NCBI GenBank assembly: GCA_024644865.1
Contig: JAHEGZ010000007.1
Span: forward strand, 19,677 to 83,676
Reading direction: 5' to 3'
Length of the DNA: 64,000 nt
Origin: Aurantimicrobium sp.
GTDB lineage: Bacteria > Actinomycetota > Actinomycetes > Actinomycetales > Microbacteriaceae
Positions 48,389-56,807 of the stretch are shown piece after piece; positions within the stretch are counted from its first letter, which is position 1, and every line of letters starts with the position of its first letter. The notes beneath the pieces are model-generated. The model was not told the origin of the DNA. It saw only the letters and a program-made list of their open reading frames with translations, and ran no database searches. The translations under genes were made by a program, and so were the position numbers.

Positions 48389-49576
48389 ATGACCCAGAAA
48401 CTCCGCACCCAGGTCGGCATCGTTGGATCCGGTCCCGCAGGTCTTCTTTTGGCCCATCTCCTCCAGCGCGCTGGCATCGACTCGATTGTGATCGATCCTC
48501 GCACTCGTGAAGACATCGAGGGCACCGTCAAGGCCGGAATTCTCGAGAGCCCCGCAGTTGAGGTTCTCGTCGAGACCGGTGTTTCGACTCGCGAGCGCGT
48601 CGAGCCGATGAAGCACGACGGCGTTGAATTCCACTTCGACGGTCAGGCACACCGCTTTGACTTCCCCAAACTGACGGGCAAGTCGGTCTACCTGTTCCCG
48701 CAGCACGAAGTGCTCAAAGACCAGATTGCCGCGCGCATCCGCGATGGCGTTTCGCCGCTGTTCGGCTACACCGCCGAAAAGGTTGTCGACGGCCCCAACG
48801 GCCCGATGATTGTCGGCAAGAACGACACTGGCGAAGCGTTTGAAATCGAAGCGGACTTCGTGGTTGGTGCCGATGGCTCGGCCAGTATCACCCGCGAGTA
48901 CGTCACCGGCAGCAAGACAAGCGGCTTCTTCCGCGAGTACCCCTTCGGCTGGTACGGAATCCTGGTCGAAGCTCCGCCGAGCTCCGAGGAACTCATCTAC
49001 AGCCGCTCTGACGACGGATTCGTACTCATCTCGACCCGCGACGAGCACATTCAGCGCATGTACTTCCAGTGCGACCCGAACATGGACGTCAACTCGGTCA
49101 GCGACGAGCAGATCTGGGACAAGCTACAGGCCGGCGTGACGAGTGAACTCAAGCGTGGAAACATCTTCCGCAAGGACGTGCTTAAGTTCCGCAGCTACGT
49201 GCACAACAGCCTGCGCAAGAACCGCGTTCTGCTCGCTGGCGACGCCGCGCACACCGTGCCGCCGACCGGCGCCAAGGGGCTGAACCTCGCCGTATCCGAC
49301 GTGCTGTGGGCCAACCGTGCCCTGCGCGAGTTCTACCGCACCGGTTCGGAGCACCTGCTCGACTCCTACCAGGAAGACGCGTACAAGCGCATCTGGAAGG
49401 CCGCTCACTACTCGTACATGATGACCACGATGCTGCACTTGGCACCCGAGGCTTCCGAGTTCGACAAACAGCGTCAGATTGCCGAGCTCTACATGTACAC
49501 CCAGTCAGAGGCCGGCCAGAAGTTCATCGCCGAGGGTTACGTCGGCTGGGAATACGGCGCCGACGACTGGCGCTAG
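48389..49576 (+). CDS. pobA: 4-hydroxybenzoate 3-monooxygenase
   Basis: VGIVGSGPAGLLLAHLL, VVGADGSASITRE and LAGDAAHTVPPTGAKGLNLA. Length and sequence are typical of PobA. Confidence 0.95.
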   Translation: MTQKLRTQVGIVGSGPAGLLLAHLLQRAGIDSIVIDPRTREDIEGTVKAGILESPAVEVLVETGVSTRERVEPMKHDGVEFHFDGQAHRFDFPKLTGKSVYLFPQHEVLKDQIAARIRDGVSPLFGYTAEKVVDGPNGPMIVGKNDTGEAFEIEADFVVGADGSASITREYVTGSKTSGFFREYPFGWYGILVEAPPSSEELIYSRSDDGFVLISTRDEHIQRMYFQCDPNMDVNSVSDEQIWDKLQAGVTSELKRGNIFRKDVLKFRSYVHNSLRKNRVLLAGDAAHTVPPTGAKGLNLAVSDVLWANRALREFYRTGSEHLLDSYQEDAYKRIWKAAHYSYMMTTMLHLAPEASEFDKQRQIAELYMYTQSEAGQKFIAEGYVGWEYGADDWR

Positions 49577-49591
49577 CCTCCAATGCTCCAA

Positions 49592-49636
49592 CTCAGGGCG
49601 TTCATCCATTCGGATGGGCGCCCTGAGCCTTTTATA
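49592..49636 (+). terminator. rho-independent terminator after pobA
   Basis: CTCAGGGCG (49592-49600) pairs with CGCCCTGAG (49619-49627). An inner CATCC/GGATG pairing extends the stem. CCTTTTAT follows. Confidence 0.6.
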
Positions 49637-49649
49637 TGCAGCCGAGTCG

Positions 49650-50372
49650 TTAGGAAAGATGAGTCTTAAGAAATCTCACGCTGCGCGCCCACGCGTCGTC
49701 TCGAGCGGCGCGGTCGAATCGGGCGAGGTTGGTGTCGTTGAAGAACGCGTGCTGCACGCCCGAGTAGACGTGAGATTCAAAGTCGATGCCCGATGTTTGC
49801 ATCGCCGACTCAACGCGCGGGAAATCATCCATGATGGGTGGATCGATTTCGCCATAGAACGCCAGCACAGGGCAAGAAATCTGCGCGATCTTCTCGTCGG
49901 TGGGCGCGGTGCCATAGAAGGGCACTGCCGCGACCACGCGAGAGTCTTGCGCCGCAAGTGCGTAAGCATAGGTGCCCCCGAAACAGAACCCGAGAACCGC
50001 GATGCGGGAGGGCCCTTGCTCCTCGAGGGCGTCAACCACGTTCGTGAGCATGTCGAGGGCGACAGCGGCGAACTCGGGCGCACGAACAGGAGCCAGCGAC
50101 TCGCGCAGGAACGTCTGGTTGGCCAAGCGCTTAGCCTCGTCGGGTTCGACCATCATGGCCATCAGTTCAACGCCGAGAGCGGGCGTCACGCCCACCGAAC
50201 TCAATAGGTCAGGAGCGATAACCGTGAACCCAGACGCCGCATAGCGATCGGCCACCTGACAGATGTGTTCAACCAGACCCCAGATTTCGTGGATGAGCAC
50301 GATTGTGCCCAGAGATTGGCCGGCAGGTTCAGCGCGATAAACCTCAACCCCGCCCAGAATCTCACGACTCAT
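49650..50372 (-). CDS. dienelactone hydrolase family protein
   Basis: IVLIHEIWGL, and the nucleophile elbow with Cys, VLGFCFGGTYA (the DLH G-x-C-x-G). Confidence 0.8.
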   Translation of the reverse strand: MSREILGGVEVYRAEPAGQSLGTIVLIHEIWGLVEHICQVADRYAASGFTVIAPDLLSSVGVTPALGVELMAMMVEPDEAKRLANQTFLRESLAPVRAPEFAAVALDMLTNVVDALEEQGPSRIAVLGFCFGGTYAYALAAQDSRVVAAVPFYGTAPTDEKIAQISCPVLAFYGEIDPPIMDDFPRVESAMQTSGIDFESHVYSGVQHAFFNDTNLARFDRAARDDAWARSVRFLKTHLS

Positions 50373-51298
50373 AGCTCTTCTCCTGCAAACTCGACTAGCT
50401 CAGCGGCTCGACGGAGCAAGGTTACCAACCACTTCGTGGCCGGGTCATTTGTTTTTGACGGATGCCAGTGCGCCGCCTCAACGAGTGTCGGGGGCGAAAG
50501 TGGAGTTTCTACAACGCGGATGTGCAGCTGATCCTGATACGCAAGTGCCAAACGCTCTGGCACATAACCCACAAATGGGGTGCCACTCACGACGAAGGGC
50601 ACGGGCAAAAAGCCCTGTACCGAGATCGCGACGCGCGGAACGATTCCAGCCGAGGTGAACATGTCATCCACGTGAGTGTGAATGGTTTCACCGAAGTTCG
50701 AGCGAACGTGACGCATCTCCTGCAGGTCTTCAACGGTAAGGGTGCCGTTGACAACCCGCTCGTTGGCCGCATCCACAATGCAAACAAATCGATCGCTAAA
50801 GAGCGACTGCTTCTTGCCGGGCACTCCCCTGCCCGTGCCAGCGATGATGACATCGCGGCGAAGCAAGTCGTTCGGCGAGACGACCGCGTCAACCGGCAGG
50901 GAATCGAACTCCACATGGATGCCCGGAGCCTGTTCGGCCAGCAAATCGAGCAACACGCCCGTCATTTGAGCAAGAACGTAGTCGGATGCCGAAATGAAGA
51001 ACGTTCGCGTGCTGGTCGCAGGGTCAAAAATCGGCGAAAGCTCGAGAACACGGGAAATTTCAACCATGGCCTCATCGACCAGTGGAACCAGCGACTGCGC
51101 TTTCTCGGTGAGGTCAAATGTACGACCGTTGCGCACCAAAATCGGGTCGTCATACTGCTGGCGAAGGCGAGCTAGTGCTCCGCTGACAGCTGGCTGGGTC
51201 ATCCCGATGAGCTCGCCCGCGCGCGTCAGATTTTTCTCTTTGAGAATGGCGTCGAGCACGACGATGAGGTTGACGTCGACCTTGCGTAAATCGGTCAC
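50369..51298 (-). CDS. LysR-family transcriptional regulator
   Basis: The N-terminal HTH LNLIVVLDAILKEKNLTRAGELIGMTQPAVSGALARLR plus a LysR substrate-binding domain. Confidence 0.9.
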   Translation of the reverse strand: MTDLRKVDVNLIVVLDAILKEKNLTRAGELIGMTQPAVSGALARLRQQYDDPILVRNGRTFDLTEKAQSLVPLVDEAMVEISRVLELSPIFDPATSTRTFFISASDYVLAQMTGVLLDLLAEQAPGIHVEFDSLPVDAVVSPNDLLRRDVIIAGTGRGVPGKKQSLFSDRFVCIVDAANERVVNGTLTVEDLQEMRHVRSNFGETIHTHVDDMFTSAGIVPRVAISVQGFLPVPFVVSGTPFVGYVPERLALAYQDQLHIRVVETPLSPPTLVEAAHWHPSKTNDPATKWLVTLLRRAAELVEFAGEEL

Positions 51299-51351
51299 GA
51301 ATCATCACCTCCAGCCCTTTGAGCCTAGCCAAGGTGAACCTTGTGCGTGAG

Positions 51352-52737
51352 CTAAGAGCGAGGCATCGCTCCGGCCCAAACGGCACGAACATTGGTGAAC
51401 TCGTGCATTCCCTCGATCGACAGCTCACGACCGTAACCGCTGAGCTTGACGCCACCGAAGGGAAGACGGGGATCTGAGACAACAACGCCGTTGATGAACA
51501 GTGCCCCCGAGTTGATGCCCTTGCCGAGTTCGAGACCGGCGTTCATGTCGGCCGTCCAGATGGATGCTGCCAGGCCGTACTGTGACGCATCAGCGAGCTC
51601 GATTGCCTCCTTCGCACCCTCGGCCTTGACGATAGCCATCACGGGACCGAATGTCTCTTGATTGAACACTGGCATTTCGCGAGTGACATCCGCCAAAACA
51701 GTAGGGGCGTAGTAGTTACCAGGGCCGTCGATGCGGTGGCCGCCGGTGATAAGGCGAGCACCCATCGCGAGAGATTCCTGCACTTGACGGTCAATGTCGT
51801 CGACGAACGACGGCTTTGCCAGCGGGCCAATCTTGGTGTCCTCAGAAAGCGGGTCGCCAATCGTGAGGGCAGCAACGGCCTCGCCCACGCGCGATTCGAA
51901 GTCAGCGATGACGGACGAGTCAACCACAAAACGCTTGGCGCACAGGCAGCTCTGGCCGGTGTTCACAAAGCGGGCACGAACGGCTAGCGGGGTAATTGCG
52001 GGAACATCAGCGTCACCAAGAATGACGAAGGGGTCGCTGCCACCGAGTTCAAGAACTGTTTTCTTGAGTGCGCGACCTGCCGCCTCGGCGACCTGAGCAC
52101 CCGCACCTTCGCTGCCCGTCAGCGTGACGGCGGCAACGCGGTCATCGGCGATGATGTCGTTCACCATCGAGTGCTTGGTTAGCACGAGCGTGCGGAACAG
52201 GCCCTGCGGGTATCCGGCCCTCTCGAAAATGCTCTCAATTGCCAGCGCAGCTCCCGTGACGTTAGACGCGTGCTTGAGTAAACCGCCGTTGCCCGAGGTC
52301 AGTGCCGGGGCAGCAAAGCGAATGACCTGCCAATAAGGAAAGTTCCACGGCATTACTGCAAGTACAACGCCGATGGGCTCATAGGCCACGAACGAGGTGA
52401 CGGCCTCGGTCTTGACCTCTTTATTGGCCAGGAACTCGGCGGCGTGATCGGCGTAGTAGTCACAGGTCACGGCACACTTGAGCACCTCAGCGCGGGCTTC
52501 GGTGATGGGTTTTCCCATTTCTAGTGAAATCATGCGCGCGTGGTCTTCGACCTCGTCACGAAGAATCTTGGCAACATTGCGCAACAAGGATGCGCGGTGC
52601 GCAATCTCAGTCGTGCGCCACTGCTTCTGGGCATCCGCCGTTTGTTGCAGTGCCGCGTTGAGACCTGCTTCGTCGAGACCGGGGTACTCAGCCAGCTTCT
52701 CGCCAGTGGCCGGATTGATCGTGGTGATGGCGCTCAC
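51352..52737 (-). CDS. NAD(P)-dependent aldehyde dehydrogenase (succinate-semialdehyde dehydrogenase-like)
   Basis: MPWNFPYWQ, VTLTGSEGAG, catalytic Glu in ELGGSDP, and catalytic Cys in GQSCLCAKRF. Confidence 0.9.
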   Translation of the reverse strand: MSAITTINPATGEKLAEYPGLDEAGLNAALQQTADAQKQWRTTEIAHRASLLRNVAKILRDEVEDHARMISLEMGKPITEARAEVLKCAVTCDYYADHAAEFLANKEVKTEAVTSFVAYEPIGVVLAVMPWNFPYWQVIRFAAPALTSGNGGLLKHASNVTGAALAIESIFERAGYPQGLFRTLVLTKHSMVNDIIADDRVAAVTLTGSEGAGAQVAEAAGRALKKTVLELGGSDPFVILGDADVPAITPLAVRARFVNTGQSCLCAKRFVVDSSVIADFESRVGEAVAALTIGDPLSEDTKIGPLAKPSFVDDIDRQVQESLAMGARLITGGHRIDGPGNYYAPTVLADVTREMPVFNQETFGPVMAIVKAEGAKEAIELADASQYGLAASIWTADMNAGLELGKGINSGALFINGVVVSDPRLPFGGVKLSGYGRELSIEGMHEFTNVRAVWAGAMPRS

Positions 52738-53702
52738 AGGCGGTCCTCGCTGTAGGTGCGGCGAGCGCGCGGCACTCGGTACTCGGGGTTAGGGCTGTCG
52801 CAAGGGCCAACCGTGTTACGAATGGTGCCGAGACCCTCGATGGTCATCTCGACAACGTCGCCAACCTGAAGGGGCGCGGGAGTGTCGTACTGCTTGCTCC
52901 GGCTCCAGTGCTCGCTCATGGCTCCCATTCCCGCCGTTCCTGAGGCGATGACATCGCCCGGCCCAACGTTCGCGCCGCGCGAGGCGTGCGAAAGCAGCTC
53001 TTCGAACGACCACGACATGCTGGCGACCGAGTCACGACCGTATTCCACGCCGTTGACCTTGACGACCATCTCAAGGTCAAGTCGGTCACCCTTGCGGTAT
53101 TGCTCGAGCTCGTCGGGAGTCGTGATCCACGGCCCGAGAGTGTTAGCGAAGTCTTTGCCCTTGTTGGGGCCGAGACCAACCTGCATCTCGCGGCCCTGAA
53201 TGTCACGAGCTGACCAGTCGTTGAAGATGCTGTAGCCAGCGATGTAGTCGCCCGCCTCTTCAGCGGTGATGTTTCGGGCCATCTTTTTGACGATGATGCA
53301 CGCTTCGAGTTCGAAGTCGAGGCGCTGCGTCAGTGGCGGGGTCGGCACGGTGTCGGTTGCACCATAGAGCGACCACGGATTCATGAAGTAGAAACCGGGA
53401 GCATCAAACCATGCCTCGGGAATTGTTCCGTCGCCATCGAACGACTTCTTCATTCCTGCTACGTGAGCCTCGAAGGTGAGGTAGTCGCGCATGGCACGCG
53501 GCTCCACCGGAGGCAAGAAAGTCACCTCTTCGATGGGCATGCGGTGACGACGGCCGGCACCGGACTCCAGGGCGTTGCGCTCTTCGATAGGCAGGTTGAG
53601 AATTTCGAGCACACTGAGCGCGGTATCCACTTTCTGAACCTTGTCATTGAAGATGACACAAACCAATGGCATGCCCTGGTGCAGGTAGCGACCGATCTTC
53701 AT
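52734..53702 (-). CDS. fumarylacetoacetate hydrolase (FAH) family protein
   Basis: Metal-site pattern DFELEACIIV ... SIFNDWSARD, and GDVIASGT. 322 aa. Confidence 0.85.
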   Translation of the reverse strand: MKIGRYLHQGMPLVCVIFNDKVQKVDTALSVLEILNLPIEERNALESGAGRRHRMPIEEVTFLPPVEPRAMRDYLTFEAHVAGMKKSFDGDGTIPEAWFDAPGFYFMNPWSLYGATDTVPTPPLTQRLDFELEACIIVKKMARNITAEEAGDYIAGYSIFNDWSARDIQGREMQVGLGPNKGKDFANTLGPWITTPDELEQYRKGDRLDLEMVVKVNGVEYGRDSVASMSWSFEELLSHASRGANVGPGDVIASGTAGMGAMSEHWSRSKQYDTPAPLQVGDVVEMTIEGLGTIRNTVGPCDSPNPEYRVPRARRTYSEDRL

Positions 53703-53705
53703 GGT

Positions 53706-53999
53706 TTAGAAGTCCAGCGTCTCGTAGAAGTCGCGGTTGCGAACCTCAAGTGCGGGAATGGCCTGCCCGAGTGCCCACTCTTTGAAGTGGTCGTACTCTG
53801 CATGCGCCTTGAAGGCTGCCTCGTCGGTGTAGACCTCGAAAATACGGAACGTGTTGGGCTCAGCTGGGTCTTGATAGGCCTGGTAGTAGATGTTGCCCTC
53901 CTCGGTGCGTGAAGCAGGCGAGAGGTGCTTAAGAGCCTCAGCTACCGTGTGGGCTTCGCCCTCTTTAGCGACCCAGGTCGCTGCGCAAACAAATGCCAT
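53706..53999 (-). CDS. antibiotic-biosynthesis-monooxygenase (ABM) domain protein
   Basis: 97 aa with a ferredoxin-like ABM pattern (NIYYQAYQDPAEPNTFRIFEVYTDEAAFKAH). Confidence 0.75.
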   Translation of the reverse strand: MAFVCAATWVAKEGEAHTVAEALKHLSPASRTEEGNIYYQAYQDPAEPNTFRIFEVYTDEAAFKAHAEYDHFKEWALGQAIPALEVRNRDFYETLDF

Positions 54000-54112
54000 G
54001 ATGGCTGTCCTTTCTTGGGCCCCAGCGGGGCGGTAATTCGAATGTAGGCGGTGTGGTGCGGTTGTTGTTATCGCAGGCGCGAATAGGTCTTATCGCCGGC
54101 AATTGAGCTCGA

Positions 54113-54607
54113 TTACTCTGCTTCCTCGATCAGCCAGCCCTCGATTGTTCCCGAGTTCTCGAATTCGGCGGTGTTGATCACTCGACGTGCGTCATCGAGG
54201 ATGTTGAGGAAGTCGGTGTTGAGGAAAGCCATAATGAGTGCCTGCGACAGCTCGAGAGGCTGCTCGTTAGCACCGAGAACGAGAATGTTGGCATCAGCGT
54301 GCTGGCGGGCATCCGTTACTGCGGACACGCTCACCCCGGCAATCGCGCGGCCGCCACGAACCTTATTGGCAACGATGGTTTCAGCAGAACCCGAGCCACC
54401 CACGACAACTCCCCTCGACATGACGGTGTTGTCTTCGTCTTGCACGACGGCGTGACCGACACGAATCGAATACACGGGGTAGTCATCTTCGTGGTCATAC
54501 TCGGGGGCACCGTGCCAGCGCACCTCGTAACCTGCCTCGGCCAGCCACGCTTCGAGCGTGCGGGCGCGCTCGTATCCGAGGTAGTCCGCTCCGAGGTGAA
54601 CAAGCAT
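54113..54607 (-). CDS. RpiB/LacA/LacB-family sugar-phosphate isomerase (actinobacterial RpiB-like, with substitutions)
   Basis: LGADYLGYE and VVGGSGSAETIVANKV resemble M. tuberculosis RpiB (GADHAGYE, GGSGNGEQIAANKV). The glutamate base is retained. The His of GADH is replaced by Tyr. Confidence 0.7.
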   Translation of the reverse strand: MLVHLGADYLGYERARTLEAWLAEAGYEVRWHGAPEYDHEDDYPVYSIRVGHAVVQDEDNTVMSRGVVVGGSGSAETIVANKVRGGRAIAGVSVSAVTDARQHADANILVLGANEQPLELSQALIMAFLNTDFLNILDDARRVINTAEFENSGTIEGWLIEEAE

Positions 54608-54627
54608 GAAGGCTCCTTGAGGGTGAT

Positions 54628-56004
54628 TTACAGCTGCCAGTGGTTCTTGTTGATGGTGGATGGGTCTTTCGCGAGGTAGCGAACGAAACGGCCCTCCGGA
54701 TCGCGCGCAGCAATGATGTCTTGCAGCTTCGCGAAGTTAGCGTCTGCCATGAACTTGAGTTGACGGTTGGTCATGTCGCTGTCACCGAGATATTGACCCA
54801 CTGTGACCGATTGCGCAGCAACCATCGCCTCGTTGAGCCACGCGCGGTTACGGGCATCGTTTGCCGAGTCTTCATACGCGAGGTACGTCGCGATGTATGC
54901 GGGAGCCTGAAGTGAGAACGCCATGTCAGGCAGCTCACGCATGAGTCCGTTGCCGAACCAGATAGTGAATGCATCGGGCTCAGGCGACGTTGTGAACACT
55001 GGAGTCAATGCCTCAATGATGTCTTCTGCCTCGCCGTCGACCCAGACGTTATCGGCGTAATAGCGCCAGTTCTCTGGGTTCATGCGTAGCTGATCTTCGC
55101 GCTGCTCGGCGAGCGACGACTCATAGACCTTGTTTTCGAAGGCGCGATCGATGATCGGGCAAGTCTGCAACGGGGCAAGAGCCTCTTTCGCTGCCTCAAC
55201 CGAGTCAGACAGGGCGACACCGGTGACCACGTACACGCGCTGACGCGGTTCGCCATTCACCGAGGGCGGACACAGGCTGACACAGACGATTTCGACGTCT
55301 GGTGAGATCGTGGGCTCGACCTCGTACATCCACGTCATTACCTCTTGGAAGTCGGCGATGTCGTAGACCTGAACGCTGTGGAAAAGGTGGTTGAAGCGGG
55401 GGCGAGTCTTGAGGTGGAACTTGGTGACGATACCGGGGAACGATGGCCCGGCACCGCGAGCAGCCCAGTACAGGTCGGAGTTCTGGGTCGCGTCTGCACG
55501 CACCAACTCGCCGTCAGCTGTGACCACGTCGATTGCAACGACGGATTCGGCGGCCCACCCCCAACCGCGCTGGCACCAGCCCTGGCCGCCTTGCAACAAG
55601 AAGCCGCCGATCCCCACGGGAGGGCAGTGCCCGCCATTGAAAAATCGTCCGCGCTCGGCTAGGAACGGATCGAGAACGTTTCCGCCCTCAATAGCCGGGC
55701 CACCCGAGACGATTCCGGTGGCTTCGTCGTACTCAGCGGAATTGAGATTGCCGAGGTCGATGAGCAGGGTGTTGTTCTGCACCGACCACACCGCCCACGA
55801 GTGACCTCCCGAACGAACCGCGACCGCAAGGCCGTTCTCTTTGGCGAAGCGAACGCCGGCGACAACATCCTGCTCATTCTCGGCAACCAGAACGGCGCTC
55901 GGAAGACGATCGGTCGGGCGGCGGTGATTGAACACGCGCGAAAAGGCGGCTTCAACGAAGCCCTCATCGCTGGGAACGTAAAACTTGCCTGTGAAGCCGC
56001 TCAT
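54628..56004 (-). CDS. FAD-linked oxidase (VAO/PCMH fold, berberine-bridge / 6-hydroxy-D-nicotine-oxidase-like)
   Basis: FAD_binding_4 pattern AVLVAENEQDVVAGVRFAKENGLAVAVRSGGHS, where the His is the typical covalent-FAD site, plus LYWAARGAGPSF. ATG 56004 overlaps the upstream stop (ATGA). 458 aa. Confidence 0.85.
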   Translation of the reverse strand: MSGFTGKFYVPSDEGFVEAAFSRVFNHRRPTDRLPSAVLVAENEQDVVAGVRFAKENGLAVAVRSGGHSWAVWSVQNNTLLIDLGNLNSAEYDEATGIVSGGPAIEGGNVLDPFLAERGRFFNGGHCPPVGIGGFLLQGGQGWCQRGWGWAAESVVAIDVVTADGELVRADATQNSDLYWAARGAGPSFPGIVTKFHLKTRPRFNHLFHSVQVYDIADFQEVMTWMYEVEPTISPDVEIVCVSLCPPSVNGEPRQRVYVVTGVALSDSVEAAKEALAPLQTCPIIDRAFENKVYESSLAEQREDQLRMNPENWRYYADNVWVDGEAEDIIEALTPVFTTSPEPDAFTIWFGNGLMRELPDMAFSLQAPAYIATYLAYEDSANDARNRAWLNEAMVAAQSVTVGQYLGDSDMTNRQLKFMADANFAKLQDIIAARDPEGRFVRYLAKDPSTINKNHWQL

Positions 56005-56765
56005 CCGAGAACCGACCCTCCTCCATCTACAACCAGGTTGATGCCCGTGATCCACGAGGCTTCATCTGAGGCCAAGAACAGCGCCGCATTGACGACATCT
56101 TCGGGCTGACCGACACGACCCAGCGGGATGCGTGCGATGTTGTCTTTGAACGGCTGCGGGCCGCTCTCCACCAACCACGCGGTCGACGGCGTGACGGTGA
56201 AGCCCGGGCTCACGCAGACCACTCTGATCTTGTGCGGTCCACCCTCAACGGCGAGCTGTTGAGTGAGATTGATAACGCCAGCCTTGGCGGTTCCGTGGGC
56301 GTTCTGCGGCATGAACTCGACACCTCGGGTTCCGGCGATGGAACCAACATTGACGATGACGCCCTGCGTCTTTTTGAGGTGCGGCCAGGCAGCTTTGCAC
56401 GCATAGAACACGAGATTGAGCTCGTTGTTCATGACGTAATCCCAGTCGTCAATGGACAACTCGTCGACAGCACCGAACTTGGGGTGCGAGGCGTTGTTGT
56501 AGAGCACGTCAATGCGGCCGTAAACCTCGACCGCGGCGTCAATCCACTTCTGTGACTCGGCAGCGTTCGACAGGTTAACCGGAGCAAAGTTCGTGATCTC
56601 TCCGCCGGCGTCACGAACGAGACGAACGGTCTCCTCGGAACCCTCAGCTACGAGGTCACAGCCGACAACTTTCGCTCCCTCGGCCGCAAAACGCAGGGCG
56701 GCCTCGCGCCCCATGCCCCCACCAATGCCCGTGATGAGCACTACTTTGTGGTCCATTCGTCCCAT
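56001..56765 (-). CDS. short-chain dehydrogenase/reductase family protein with His in place of the catalytic Tyr
   Basis: VVLITGIGGGMGREAA (TGxxxGxG), NNAS, VNVGSIAG, then AHGTAKAGV where classical SDRs have Y-x-x-x-K. Confidence 0.85.
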   Translation of the reverse strand: MGRMDHKVVLITGIGGGMGREAALRFAAEGAKVVGCDLVAEGSEETVRLVRDAGGEITNFAPVNLSNAAESQKWIDAAVEVYGRIDVLYNNASHPKFGAVDELSIDDWDYVMNNELNLVFYACKAAWPHLKKTQGVIVNVGSIAGTRGVEFMPQNAHGTAKAGVINLTQQLAVEGGPHKIRVVCVSPGFTVTPSTAWLVESGPQPFKDNIARIPLGRVGQPEDVVNAALFLASDEASWITGINLVVDGGGSVLG

Positions 56766-56807
56766 GACGAAACTCCTCGTTAGCTCCAGTAATGGCTTCG
56801 CAAATGG

